From positions 12,214,001-12,278,000 of the forward strand of contig CM060733.1 of assembly GCA_030704615.1 (NCBI GenBank): a DNA stretch of 64,000 bases, written 5' to 3'. The DNA is from Takakia lepidozioides (Eukaryota > Plantae > Bryophyta). Shown here in pieces: positions 37,528 to 51,819 of this stretch. Positions within the stretch are counted from its first letter, which is position 1. Every line of letters begins with the position of its first letter. Below the pieces are notes generated by a model. It had not been told where the DNA came from. It saw nothing but the letters and a program-made list of their open reading frames with translations, and searched no databases. The position numbers were made by a program, and so were the translations under genes.

Positions 37528-39585
37528 AAAACGTTGATACTAGCATTATGGATTCCGCCTCTAGTTCCAGCAGTGATGACGGTTAGTGGGCCTGTGGATC
37601 AACCCCTGTGGCGAAGTGCAAAAATGAGTGGGACATATTTTTGTCGTTTGTCCAAGATTGAATCATTGGGGTAGCTATCACGACAATATGTAGATTCAGT
37701 GAAGTGGATGGTGTAGTGGGGGGCAGAATGTTAGTGGGTAGGCCTTGGACAAGTAAGATATCAAGGCAGAGTCTGATGAGGCAGGTGCATGGTGAGCGGA
37801 TACATTAGTTCTTGAGTTGGAGTGTGTCTGTAGGTTAGGCTCTCTCACCGCCATAGCTGTAGTTCTTGAGTTGGAATGTGTGGGAGGTATGCATGTCAAG
37901 TGGATTAAATGTCACAGCCTAGTCTGATTAACAAAAGTGAGTTATGGGCTTAAGCAAACCATAAATAATAAAAGTATAATAAAAGCTTTAAGCAAAGCCA
38001 TAAAGTATATATATATATATACTTAAACAAAGACAAATTGGCAAAAGTTTAAAAGGCTAGAGCCAAGTAAAGCAAAGAATAAGCAAAGAAAGATATCAGG
38101 AATAGCTACAGCCTGGATATCTTAAGAGCAAGGGGGTAAGACCTCAATGAGTACTTAAAGGGGACTTGGGGGATTTGGTGCTGAGTCTACAAAGATAAAC
38201 ACATAGAGAATCGTTGGATGTGGTTGTGGGTTCAAACCACGGTATGGTGTGTCATGAAGGTGTCCACCTTTCAGTCGAAGGCACTAGCCCTTGTGGTGAC
38301 GAGACACCATAATTTACGCTCCCTTGGGGAGGCATCTATATTTTATTTTATTTTATTTTTGTCTAAAGTAGAATGTTAGACGAGCCCAACAAGACTCCCT
38401 ATCTACTAACTACTTAATTTAATAAGTAGTAAGTTAGTAGGTAGTAAGAGGGGGCCCTCCTTATATACCCTCTCACGGCGGTGGGACCCTTCTAGAAGCC
38501 CACCAACTATGGACCCTTCTAAGAAGGCGCTGGACACATGTCAGCCCTACAAGACTCCCTATCTAAATTTGGCCAATCTAATTAATCTGGCGTTCCTCCC
38601 TTTTTTTTTTTTGGACCCCTTGATCTCATTCCTTAATACACGTGGCCCCTCACTGTAATTCCTGGGCCACAGTAATTCCTGGACCACTCTAGAATGAACA
38701 GGCCCGAATGAAACTGCTCACATATCATATTGTGAAGTGATACGAATTAATCATCTGTCAAGGAGGATTGGGAGCAGGGAGAGAAATGGCCATCACAATA
38801 CCATGACCAGTCTCGTATAATATTTTTGTCATACCAGTCCAACACTGTTTAGAACAACTCCCAACCATGACGCCTCTCAATGAAAATAATAGGGTCTTCA
38901 TGGGTGGGTGGCCCCCGCCGACCGGTATGGGCCATGGTGCTGGCTTGGGGCTGGTCCGGTTGTCCAGTGAGTCCATTGGTAGACAGCGTCGCTTGGGGGT
39001 GACATTCCTACAAGGCAAATACCATAGACCACCATATTTGAAATTCTGGATAGAGCCTCGTTGTAGTATTTGAATGTTACCTTGCAAATTCTGGCTAAGT
39101 ATGGGGTGACAGCAGTCCTGGCAAAAAAAAAAAAAAAAAAAAAAAAGTCCTGGAAAAATGAGCAAGCAAGCAAACAAATCCGGAAACTTGGTTGGATCAA
39201 AACCTTTTCAGCAAATCTCCGTCTAGATGTTTATGGAGAACAAAAGCTCCTTACACAAATGTACCCTTCTAACTGGCGTCGAAACTTGAAACTATACAAG
39301 CGTCTTCCATCTTCAAGCTAAAGCTGAAACTTCTGAGAGGCAGGGATGGCAAGTTTGTGCAATGGTCTCAATCCTGGTTGCGCAAAGAAGAGGTCACTTC
39401 AGAGGTGATATCGTTTGAGAAATTTTAATGTATGTGGAGATGAGCTTACAAGGAGTGGAGAGAGAGTACCTGACTAAGACTACACCACAGTTTCTCTCAA
39501 GGACTCTTGCATTTATTGTTATGATAGCTGGGAAGTTGACAGTTCATTAGTCTAGATCTCGGTACAGTAGATGGCAGTCCCTTGT

Positions 39586-41232
39586 TTAGTAGTATCGATA
39601 GACGTGGTTGTAATCCGGGGCAAGGACAAAGCTGATAGGGTTGGGATCCTCCTCGGGCTTTTCTTCCTTCTTTTCTTCTTTCTTTTCTTCTTTCTTTTCT
39701 TCTCCTTTGGGCGCCTCACTTTTCGCATCCTCCTTCTTCTCCTCCTTCTTCTCCTCTGCTTTCGGTTCCTCCTTCTTCTCTTTCGCCTTAGGCTCATCCT
39801 TCTTCGCCTCTTCGGGCTTTTTCTCTTCGGCTTTGGGCTCCTGACACAATATTGCAGAACTTCTGGAAGTCGGTACCCGTTGTTTGTCGAAATTGATTTT
39901 GCAAGAGAAGCCTTGCGTGAATTTTTGTGGGAATCAGGAACCTCATGAAGATTCTACCATCGTCCATGGCAGACCGGCAGACCCACTTTGACAAGCATAG
40001 CCATAACAGTAAATGCTCACCCCTGATCATTGTGAGTATACGAGCTGTGTAGAGTTCATGAACATACCTCTTTTTTGGCTTCCTCTTTCTTTTCTTCAGG
40101 TTTGGCCCCTTCAGTTTTAGGCGCTGCCTCTTTCTTCTCTTCAGCCTTGGGCGCCTCCTCCTTCTTTGCTTCCTCCTTTTTGGGTTCTTCCTTCTTGGGC
40201 TCTTCCGGCCAAAACGATGTGCGCTTCCCGGACTTTTTCGCTATGCGTTTGAGCACGTCCTCCGGTTTGACATCCGAACCCACACGCACTGTCACTTTCT
40301 GTAGCCCATAGTCTAGCGTGTAGGACTCCAATCCTGTGCAAATATTTCCTCAGTTGGTTAGAACGGCTGTCAAATCTAAGACTGGCGGCAGCTCTAGGAG
40401 CCAGCAGAACCAGCTCGTTCATTCTTGGGCCTGAGCACTATCAACTGACGCTATTGAAAGAGTTCGATTCCACATGTGCAAGTGCTCAAGGTTGATGAGG
40501 TGATGCCGCACCCCCTGCCATTAGCTGACTGGATCGCTATGATTTACTTTTCATTTCACAACCTTTTCAACCCTGAGGTCTTCTGAGGATGATTGCTCGC
40601 CTACGGTCCTCTTATTACTCGAAGTTTTTCTTGCGAATCATTCGGGCTGCTTCACGTAAATATTGTGATTCAGGCCGACTCGTCTACTGGAGTGGTCAAG
40701 GCTGTTCAAAGACGGTTCAAATCCTCTCGATAGCATCTCTCCTGATATGTACAAATCCCTGTTCAGTCTCTAAATTGTACATGCATGCACGTTACATTTT
40801 TACGGTCACTGCAAAAGCTTTGCGAGAGTGCAAGCCTGGAATTCATCTCTCGAGACTTGCGGTCGTGAAGTTATTACAAACATGAATTCCTGGGCGTGCA
40901 GTCAATTATTCGTTCTTTGAGTTTGCAGTTGAGAAAGTGCATCCTCCTACACGAACTTGTACAGCCAATTGGAAAGTTCTTAGTTTTCATCACAGCTCAG
41001 TGAGAAGAAGTCTACCCGGAACCTTGAAAACAGCTCTCTTCACAGCGGCCGCGCACCCTTGACAGTGCATCACCACCCTTAACGAGACCATCTTAAACGG
41101 CGGCGGCGCTGGTGGCGCTGGTGGAGCTTCAGTTGGCGCTGCAGCTGGAGCTTCTGGCGCTTTAGCCGGAGCTTCAGCTAGGGCCTTAGCTGGTGCTTCA
41201 GCTGGTGCTGCAGCTGCCTGTATCCGAGGCAT
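39586..41232 (-). CDS. Heavy-metal-associated (HMA) domain protein, ATX1/CCH-like, with Ala/Pro-rich N-terminus and Glu/Lys-rich tail; exons ~41232-41016, 40333-40068, 39840-39586 (true start may be further upstream)
   Basis: Spliced: MVSLRVVMHCQGCAAAVKRAVFKVPG/LESYTLDYGLQKVTV...PEDVLKRIAKKSGKRTSFWPEE...; MxCxxC metal-binding motif; GT-AG introns in phase; no C-terminal CaaX. Confidence 0.85.
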
Positions 41233-44200
41233 GAGTTAGATAATATGTACAATTTGCTAGCAGGAAAACTGAGCCGCTAGTTTATAACATGCATTTTACC
41301 AAAGACAATCAACCCATGACCGGCACACAACGAGAAATTCGACTTAGAGCTTCTGGACCCATGAATCATGAATAAGACGTAGTACTAAACTATAACCTGC
41401 AGCTAGATTCAATTTTTTTTGCAGAATCGTAGAATAATCTGATCAAGACCTCAACAGAAAGCCTTCCTTGAGCAGCCTGCATCTATAGTGTTCATCGACC
41501 GAAGCCAGCGCCAATTCTACAGCATCAAACTAATCCCTGAACTAGAATCGTGTACATGTTGTCATCGTGCATGTGCCTAAAGCCTAACGGTGATCATACG
41601 GTTGATCTCAAGTGGATGTACAACAATGTACAATCTAGATGTACGTAGCAAAATGTTCCTGATATTTCTCCCCATAAAAACTTACTCCCCATAGTCTGAC
41701 ATGATCACTCTTGCCCACATGTGGCATGTTTTGCTTATACCGAGGTCGATAAGATGTAGAGAGCAAGGCTACAACCGTGGGTCAAACCGTCTGCCATAAC
41801 GAGGAGTGGCTCAAGTCGATCGTGCAAACTAACGTATGGACATGATAGATTATCTTGAACATTTGGAAAATTGTCTGGTCAATGTACATTGGAGAATGTT
41901 AAATTCAAACGAGATTCCCACTGCAAAGTTCAATCAATGTATATGGACATGGATCATATGCGCAAAATGTTCGCACTGTAATCAATCGTCTCGACAGTCC
42001 TGACTATTGAGTTATGGTTTGAACACCAATCTAATATTTGGTCCAATATGTCCTCGTCAGCCATGGATTAAGAACTCTCAACGATCTTTTCGTTTGATTG
42101 CGGTCTGGTGGATTCATCACAGAGCTAGGAGGGTTGACGAACCTTCTACACAAAGGTACTTACACAGATTACTAAATGCAGACTGATCCCTGGGAGTTCA
42201 CATTCAAAATTGCAGCTTTGGGGGTGCGTTCTTCCAATAGATAAGCCTATGCGCTGACAGGTACTGAGACTAGAAAGCAGATCGGAAGAAAAGACTGATC
42301 AGTGTGCACTGTCAAGAGGACTCTGGACATGAAGATCTTGCAGCACTTGAGGAATGTTAGACATCTCGAGATCGTATGGTTCGTCTTTTATAGACTGTGC
42401 AGAACACATTTAAAAGACGGGGTATGATTGGAATCTGAAGCCCAGGCGGGGCATCATTTGATTACCGCTTTTACGATACCTCATAGACGTAGCTCTTCCT
42501 TCAAGTAGAGATTTTCTTCATCCGACAGGGAGAAGTTCGTATCTAATATAGGACTCCTCTAGGTCGTATCCTTTGTTGTCTGCCGATGGGGTACTCTTGT
42601 AAAGGAGATGTGTGCGAAATTAGAAGGATTATGACAGAGACCTCTGGACACATGCAAAGTGTACATAAACTATTGTCAAGATTTCAAACAAGACAATCGA
42701 CTGATAAATTGTACAGTCTTTAGTCGATTGCTGATTGATCTCGACTACAGACTTGCGTGAGCTACAGAGCTCCTGGAGTCTCGGTTGCAATAAATTCCAT
42801 TCACATTTTACACATTTCTTCAAACATAGCTCTCGAGGCTCATTACCACGATTACCACCTGAAATAGGGGATCTTTACAACAGTTTCTAGATTCACCACT
42901 GCATGTCCAGCTACATGCTACCTTAATAGCCCTTACATAGGCCATACTGACCCATTTGATCAAAGGCACCCTCAGGCACCCTCTAGTTGCAGACCTGTGC
43001 GTGGCACATCTCACGAGTCAGATCAATTGAGGTCTGACTGTAGATAGAAGTCGATGGGGTCGTCAAAGGTTTCCCGCGGAATCCATACAGTAATTTGGAA
43101 AGACGAACTACATGTTTAAGAAAGAGCCGTGCAATTGAACTTTCAACTAAGACCTGTATCGAACTCTGGTCAAATCTATTGTGGGCACCATAAATTAACG
43201 AAAGCCAAGGGACAAGGAGAAAGGGAAAGAGAGAGATCACCGTATCAGGCATCGTGCTTGACGATGTGGAAGACCAGCTGTCGTTGAAAGGTGCTCTTGT
43301 ACCTGCAGATAGGCGGTGGTAATCCCTGTAACTACCTCACCTCAAGCTTTCACAGTTTCAAGCTTCCAGATGAGGGAGAGCTCCAGAACGCACACGTAGA
43401 CTACCAGGAGTGCAGGAGAACCAAGCGCTCTTAAAAAAGCTTCCCAGCCACCATCTAAGCTTAGCCCCTGCTGTGCTGAAGACCGATTCCTTTTGATAAG
43501 CGCTGCCTACCACCTGGCACCCAGCACATTCTGGATTAGAGAATGCACATCACCCATCTTCCAGGATGCTTCTGGTCACAATAGTAGTGTGTAGGTACAC
43601 TACTGGCATGTCGCCTGACCCACACACAGCTGCCCTGCCATAGTCAGACCTGTGCAGACTAGATCAACACGCCTCCCACACCAAATGCCCACCAAATGAA
43701 AGAGACGGAACCACACCCATCACCAGCTGCCCACTTGCTCCTTTTCGCCTCCAAATTAGCAAACTCAAAGTTGGCTGCTAGTCAGCGCAAATGAGGTCAC
43801 AAACACATCAATTTGACATCATGTCAAAGTTACCAGATAGACCTATGTTTCCCCATGGAGCTCATAGATCTATGGCGCAGTCTCGAATATCCAGGAGCTA
43901 GAACCATGCCTGTGACACAATTTCCAATCATCCCCATTCTATAGACTGTCAGAAGTTTATCAGCTCCCATTGCATCTCAAGTATGTACAGGTCTAGCATG
44001 TTTAAAGTTTAAACTAAGGCAAGAGTCTCTTTACACCTTGAGCATGAAAAATAAGTATATGTCTCTCATACCCCACCGCACTACTGCAACATGGAATGTC
44101 CGGCACTTGTACTGCACAGTGCCAAAGTCCTGGCAATTGTCATTACTTTTGTAATATACTGCAGCTTTCTGAAGCATGGGTTTAGGAATTCTAATTTGAG

Positions 44201-45520
44201 ATTACTTAGACAGGCAAGTAGAGCCTGGAGTTCACTCACATTCCAAGTGTGGGGCCATCATGTTCCTCAACAATACAGCAGGTGGCCCCCTTTTGTTGAA
44301 CCTGGTGATCCTCGCAGCCCACCGATTGATGAAATAGTCTAAAGCCAAGCAATGGCACAACGTCTCCTGGGAATATCGTGGTCGGAAATCTGAGGTTCAA
44401 AGAACAAGGCCAGTGGACTGAGTCCCATGTTTGAAAAAGCCTTCAAGAATTTTAGGCGCCTATGGAGTTTGGCGGCCTACAATGATGTCATCTACTAAGG
44501 GACATCACGTGACTTTGTTTCACCCAAGTTGCCCAAATGGCATAGAGTGGAGGCATCATATTGTTTGCACTTGGGAATTAAACATGTTGGGTGCTAAGTT
44601 TTAGGATAACTTCGGTTGGCGTCATGTATGTATATATATACATACAGGTATATATATGTGTTGGATGGTGCCTTAACGATATTACATTGTGCCAGGCTGG
44701 ACTTGGTCCTTATTGTGGAGAAGAATGTGAATTTGATGTACAGATCTTTGTAGCTGTCGACAGGAATGATGGTATGCATGCACCATGTTTTTTGGGACGG
44801 TTTGGTAGGGTGGCCCAAAATGGACGGCACCGCTTCAATCAATTTGTGGTGACTGCAGTCCATGGTACCACCTATTTTTTTCTATAACATCACTATTGCG
44901 TCCTATCTATCAAAGTTGCGTGAGCCCGGATTGGAGCAGCCCAGTCAAATGCCTTCTCTGCTGATAAGATGTGAGGTACCTAGCTGTCCTCCATGATGGT
45001 AATGGATGTAATCACTTTGAAGAAAGAAGTGAACGACTATTTTCAAAATTGTCCGTGAAACAAACAGCTGACGATAGAAGTTACCTTCAAAATGACTCTC
45101 AAGACATATGATACATTTACAGAAGGACATTGGATGATGAGTCTGCATTTATCCTTGTGCATGGGCAATTGAGTAGGGGTTAATCTATAGCACTTGGCTT
45201 TGCCTGCTGGGACACAGCTGAGTCGCCCTCCATTCCCTGTAATAAAGTTGCTGGGTGTGCACTCTGTGGGCATCTCATTCACTCTTCACAACCGTTTGGC
45301 TCTTGAGAGTGGGCTAGGCTCAAGTACAGTTAGTGCGGTAAACCTCCCTCCTTTCTGCCTTGGTTTGCCAATTTGAAGATGTTATTGTCTTCTTCTCTGA
45401 CCTTCTGTAGTCATTTGGAGTTATGGCATTCTGGGATTAGAAACCCCCACATAATCCTCATCAAGCTAACTTCTAATTGTTTATATTGTATCCTGTGACT
45501 CACTCCAAATGTTTTTATTT

Positions 45521-46085
45521 CTGGCAAAGTTTCGCAATATTTTGACAAGAAAAATAAAATAGAATATTCTGTCATAAATTCCCTGTTTTCTGATGGATGA
45601 AATCACCAAATTTCTCAAACTAAAATATAAATTATGGATGAATTTGTCAAATATGGATGATATACATGGATGAAAGTATGAAGAGGATGATTCTATCCCA
45701 ATTTGAGTGGATGAACAAACTTTATCGCTATTTCTTGCAAAACTCAGTAGCCACTCCTGTTACTTTCCAAATTTCAAAAAAGAAACACTAGTAGTTCCTT
45801 TCAGGCAGCTTTTTTTTAGCTGGTGAATTTTCGTCATATTTCGACCTCAAAAAATAAAATGGAATATTTTGTCAAAAATTCCATGTTTTTTCATGGATGA
45901 GATCACCAAACTTCTCCAAATAAGAAAACAAATTATGGATGAATTTTCCACATATGGATGATATAAATGGATTACAGTATGGAGGTGGATGATTTTGTCC
46001 TAATTTCAATGGATGAACAAAATGTATGGCTATTTTTTGCAAAACTCTGTAGCCTCTCGTGTTTTTTTCCAAATTTCAGAAAAAA
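45521..46085. repeat. Tandem duplication of a ~300-bp AT-rich unit, probably DNA-transposon subterminal sequence
   Basis: 45521-45780 aligns with 45820-46085 (aaataaaat.gaatatt...atggatga...gcaaaactc.gtagcc...tttccaaatttc). Confidence 0.8.
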
Positions 46086-46395
46086 ACGCCCCATTCACCT
46101 ACCCAGACTGCCCGAAAAACCTAAAACAACTTCTTGAACTCTGAAGAGCTTGTATGAATGGCGGCCTATTGGGCGTTTCGTCGAGAGATAGCTCACAATC
46201 CAACCAGATGTTGGGATGTGGACTGTTACATTTATGCTCAAGCATTGGGACAAGAAGAGAAGACATAAAAGGTGTGTGTGTTTCTGTTTATAAAAATCTC
46301 TTCACATATTGTGTAATATAACTCTTCATATTTATGATATTAATGGTCATGACTAATGACTAATGGTACTGATCCTAATATTTAGGATAGTACTA

Positions 46396-46965
46396 TAGTG
46401 GACCTGGATAAATGTTACTTGCTTTTTTGTTATGTCACCCTTAATGTTATGAAATCTCTGCTCTGTAAAAATTTACACTTGAAAATGGCATGAGAGCGTT
46501 ATTTGATGTGTTATGAAAATGTGGCTCTCCTCTTTGTTAGCACACCTCCATAGTTGTTAGATCTTATGCGGAGCCTTAATATAGTTGGTTTGACAAAACA
46601 TTCATCCACTCTTATCATTCATCACTCTTAACATTCTCCATGTGTATTTTCAACCCTCTAATGAGTAGATATTGTATTCTGTTGGACTGAAGAAATACTA
46701 TATGCAGTGAAGGCTGTATGTACTAAATCCTAAACCTTTCCAACTGTTATTTTTGTGATTTTTTACCTGCTTTATTGTTTTTTTTCTCAAATGTTATGTT
46801 TTGGATTTTGACCTCTATTTTATTTTTTATTTTTTATTTTTTATTTTTAAAGGCAAAGGGGACAGAGACCCTTTTAATCAAATTCTATTTCTGTTATCTG
46901 ATATATCTACATAAATGTTATAATTTTTCTGCTCTATAGGCATAACAATTATCCAGGGTCGACTG
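46396..46965. mobile_element. Tc1/pogo-like MITE with TA target duplication
   Basis: Ends TA|tagtggacctggataaatgtta ... taacaattatccagggtcgactg|TA. Confidence 0.75.
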
Positions 46966-46967
46966 TA

Positions 46968-47225
46968 ACACTTCATATCTTAACATTCCCCCTGAAGGAG
47001 TGTCACACTTAACATCTGCATACAATATAAAGGTTTTTCTCCGGATACACTTTCGTAAGAAAATCTGCAGCCATTTCCTCGCTAGTACAATATTCTAATT
47101 TTCATTCCCCACTAAGTATTTTTTCTCTTATATAATGGAACTGTATTTCAATATGTTTTGATTTCGAATGATATGTCGGATTCGCTATTAACGCAATTGC
47201 GCTTTCATTATCACACTTAATAGGG
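46968..47225 (-). pseudogene. Ty1/copia RNase H end, PPT and LTR start
   Basis: IKCDNESAIALIANPTYHSKSKHIEIQFHYIRE...EMAADFLTK; AGGGGGAA then TGTTAAG. Confidence 0.88.
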
Positions 47226-48047
47226 TAACCAGGTCTATCACCATGCATGTGCATATTACTGCGCAACATGACTCCTGCAAATCCTGCAAATAATAGTTGT
47301 GCATTCAGCCTATGATCACTCACACTATGGGCCCCCCAAAGTACACGGAGATACACCTGCGCCATTACGATATTAACACTATGCTAGCGCGGATTTCAAA
47401 ATTGAATTCAGTGGAGATACACCAGTACCCGTACGATATTATACAAATGTGAGCACGTTTTTCAATTTTGTTTTGATAGCTAGATAGGATGTCTTAACTA
47501 TAGGTCCAGTCCATAGCATTTGTCTTGTTTGTGGGACCTGAACAGGGACTAATCGGTGGCAGTATTTGTAGGTCACAGAGAACAGGAGCATGTGTACTTG
47601 GGTTACAGTGGCGGTTTGCAATTACAGTAAAGGGCTTATCTACCCCTCAAAACCAAAGTACAACAACACTAGTATTTTTACAATGTATACATGTACACAT
47701 ATAAACTATGGATAAATGCCACTAGTTTCTGAACTGATGTATGTGTGCAGGGAATGAGACTGCAGAGACAATGACATACTTTGGAATTATATTGAACTTG
47801 ATATTTTACTTGGTACATAGCATCCGTATCAGCTTCCCATATTCATCTACTTTGGTCACAAACTTTGTGGGGACTACTACCGTCACACCCTTGCTCAGAG
47901 CCTTCTCGCTGACCCATATCCGGGACAATGTATTAGAAAATAGATATCGTCTTAGGCTGCCCGCTGTTTGGCCAATTACAAACTCTTTTCTTATCTGCAT
48001 CTATTTATTGTTGAAAGGTAGGCAAGCCGCATCCTTGAAAAGATATA

Positions 48048-49059
48048 TGTCGCGCACCTCATTTCGGTAAGCTTCCCTTCAAGTCATAGTTACTCGCTTG
48101 ATGCGCGCGCCTAACTCCCAAACTGGTCGTCGGGCCAACTCGAAGCTTCTGCTGCTCACCGGGACATAATCGTCCCCCCTCTTTCTCCTCCACGAGACCC
48201 TCGCTCACTCTGGGACTAGTGGAAATTCCCTTTGGTTGTTGGCAGTCCGGAACATCTCCCCACACCTTGGTCGCTTTCCGACTTGCATGCTTACTCACTA
48301 GTTTTTGGTCACCAACGGGCTTGCACCGTTCTCGGGGTTACTACTCCCTATATATACTTCTGTGACTGTCCGCGGGGGTTTCACAAACAACCCAGTCATT
48401 TTATGGCGAACCACCACGAAGACCCTCGATTCCCGGTGATGAGTCGCGGTGAGTCTTGGCCCACCCACCACGGCCCCATTGGACCGTGATGAGTCCCAAG
48501 ACTCCCCACGACTCCCACCACAAGGTCTCCGCCCCATGGTGAGTCCTATGCCACCCAAGACCCACTAAGCTACCACCACCCCCACCGCAACCCGGTGTGC
48601 GGGGCTCCACTTAGTGAGCGCCTCTGCCTCCTTGAGTGCCTTGGGCACTCAAGGGTGCTTCAGCCCCCGTACCTATTTTTGCCATTGCCCCCACCACAGG
48701 GGCAGCCCCTCTTGTGTCCCGACCCCCTGCCCTCAAGGCAAAGGGCCGCGACACACACCCCTACCAATAGGGAGTCGATGTCCTCATCGACTTGTCCACT
48801 TTGTAGAAATGAACATCCAAGTTATGGCGTCCCACATCAAGGAGTTTGTTTCCGTACCATGGTGTCTCATGGCCAGGAACCAAACCCCCACTTGACTCAA
48901 CTCTCCATTAGTAGTTCGGCCGACTCCTCCAAGTCCTCTCAAGCTCCACCCAGTGCACTGTTCTTGGCGCACTTCAAGGCCAAGAAACGACCCTCCCCGA
49001 GGATCGAATCACCTTACTGCAACAACATTGCTTACGATTGCTCATGATGCCGCTTTTGG
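48048..49059 (-). mobile_element. Truncated family-A 3' end (3' UTR, PPT and LTR 48048-48753)
   Basis: Reverse complement of ~3065-4118. Confidence 0.92.
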
Positions 49060-49269
49060 CCATTTGTCCCGCCAATAGATTCCCTCGCTTTGCACACTTT
49101 TTACTGTATCCCTAAGCTATCATCAGAAGTGGAAGCCACTCGATGCAGGTGGAATTGTGAGGTCAGCTTCTCTCTGCATGCTGTTCTATGAAGCTGTAGC
49201 AAGCTGCTAAGGATTCGTAGCAATTTATCAGGAATTCCCTTGCGCCCCAATTTTACTTGGGTCACCACA

Positions 49270-50983
49270 AGGTCCTCAATAGCATACGACTTTGGCTTTT
49301 CCCCAACCTCAAGAGGTTTTCCCTGCACCCAAGCAAAACATACCGGAGCAGTAAATTTCAAAGTCAACTTACACTGAATGGATGACAACCACAAAAAAAA
49401 ATTGGGGTGAAGGTGCACAAACCACCTTCTCTGTAGCAGTCTTGCCTCCCAAGCCTACGTCGAAATCGCAAGGTTCAATAACAGTACATATTGGGATAGT
49501 AGTTGGAGGAGGGGCGGTTGCTGACATTCCCAACATCATTGCCATCAATGCATCCAGTTTTTTGCTATTGTCCGCAGAAACCTTAGCAACTTCTGCTTTT
49601 ATAGTGGCCAATTCGCCCTCAATCGTCGGGATCTGAACGTCTGCCAAGGCAAACACACTGCCCTCAAGGGACGACAGTCGAGACTGCATCGCACTGCCCC
49701 CTCCCTATACAGCCAAAGAAAGATACATAATCAGCCCGCATGGCCTGGCTACTGCTCCAGCAAAATGAATGCAACAAAAAAAAAAATACCCACATGCCAT
49801 TTACCTGTGCACCTCCAATTGACTAGGAGCCGAAACCCTTGTCCGCCTTCGATGCGTGTGCCAGCTCAGTGATGCTTGGACTTCATGCTCTCTCTTTCTT
49901 CTGCCAGGGCCACAAAAAAAATAAAAAAAATAGCCCCTATTCATCCAAACAAGTGGGGCGTTTACAGAGGCATGACTGTAGTGACAGTTTGCAACTACCT
50001 CAGAGGGCAGAGATGGTATCCTACTCCATCACATATATGTGTATATATGTACATACATATAGATGTATACATATACTAAAATGTGGTGCAGATATTCATA
50101 TTATCAAGCGTCAGGCCTGTCCAGCCAACCCTGCTCTTCCAACCCTCGATGGGTTGGTAACATTGGATCGTGCTCTCTTCATGTTCTCACTCTCTTTCTT
50201 GCCCTTGGGGGAATCCCAGTACTTCACCAATGCATCCCAATGGCAGGACTCTACACTCGGAGGGCATGGACCTCCAACCAACCACACCAGCTTTAACTTT
50301 TGGCGGTGTACTTTTATAATCCTCCCACATGCTTTCTGGAACTTGTCAACGCTCATAAGTTTAGGATAGTACTCAAAATCCGCGTCCATGGATTCCTTAA
50401 CCTTGGCCATGTCACCGGGTTCCTGCTTGTCTGCTAGCAAAATGCTAGGATCAAGATATCTGATGCAGAGTCCCCGCAAGGAGCTCTGCCAGTAATCCTT
50501 CCCCTCACACCCCTGGTCTACTTCCCCCTTAGAGTTTAGTTGTACCTTGTGCGGCTTCAGCCCAACAGATTTGCAGGCTTTTGCATCAGTTTCATGTTCA
50601 TTTGCAGCCAGCTTTTTTTGTCTTTTTTTGTTTGCAGCCTGCGATGCCACATCCCCTTGCTGTGTGGAATCTTGATCATCACCAGCAGGGGGGATGAATG
50701 GAGGAGCAGCACCATTAAAAGGGGGGCCTGCCCACTGCCCACCAACGGCGTTGCATGGAGGGCCCCAAGTTTGGGCACCTCCTTGTACCCAAGCTCCTTG
50801 GGGTCCTCCATTGGACCCACTTGGAATCCATGACCATGTGTTCGTCGTCTGTAGAGGGGCCATGGGCTGCTGCCAGGTAGGTGCTCCTTGCTGCAGCCAC
50901 GTTTGCCCACCTCTGGATTGCACCCATGGGCCATTCGGGCCTTGTTGCACCCATGTCGTAGGTGGACCAGTAGCATTCGCCAC
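49270..50983 (-). pseudogene. TnpA/Ptta-like CACTA accessory gene (multi-exon)
   Basis: CPPSVESCHWDALVKYWDSPKGKKESENMKRARSNVTNPSRVGRAG resembles the plant transposase_24 (Ptta/En/Spm) region; downstream exon-like coiled-coil ORF 49369-49689. Confidence 0.65.
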
Positions 50984-51819
50984 AGCCTCAGTCCCCCCTT
51001 CCTTTGCACGCTTTGATGCAGCCTAACACAAGCCCCTCCACCCCACAAAGTTAGCAATGATGGAAAATAAGGCCAACCGGGCAACGAACAAGGTCGGCAG
51101 TTCGTGAACGCATACAAACCTTGGCCCAACGTGCCAAGAAAAGTTTGGCATCCAATGGCGTGAATGCATGGAATGTCATGCTCTGGTGCCCTAGCAATGT
51201 CCCACATCCATTCAGTATTAAAACCCTAACACATGTTCTAACCCTTTGAAATTTAATCCAGCAGTCAAGCCATACATAGTCCAACTCGTAAGCCATTCAT
51301 CTTTCTAACAAAGTTTCCAGGTCATTCACATTTAGGAAAGAACCAAGGTTTGATATATAACATTTACCACCATATATGCAGATTGTAAACTCATCACAAA
51401 AGCTAATTGCAGGTCTAGAGATAAATCTCCAGAACCAGGCTCAAAGCATATCAGGTTCGAAATGAAACAATCAACCACTCATGCCTTAAGTTCACAAGCC
51501 AATCATAGTAGTAATAGGCTTGGTTATATAAACCAATCACCATCTCAGTCACTGTAAGCATATACATTTCATGAGCCATTCTCCAGCCTCTCCCTCACTC
51601 TCAGTCCAGCCCCACACACTCCCTTCTCCATCAATTCATCACTCCAAAGATCATTCCTCCGCCATACACCCCAGCCTCTTACTCACTTAGATTTACCCTA
51701 AACCTTGCTCGGTTCTGCCTCTACCTCTGCTTTACACAAAACCCTACCCTAAACCCTACACATCATGAAAATGCTCAATTGCTTCCACAATATGAGAGGA
51801 ACTAAGGGTGAGATTGTAC

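Noticed and set aside
39552-40311. Arg-rich and Phe/Ser/Leu-rich ORFs
   Set aside because: Alternative-frame and antisense shadows of the Glu/Lys-rich HMA gene exons.
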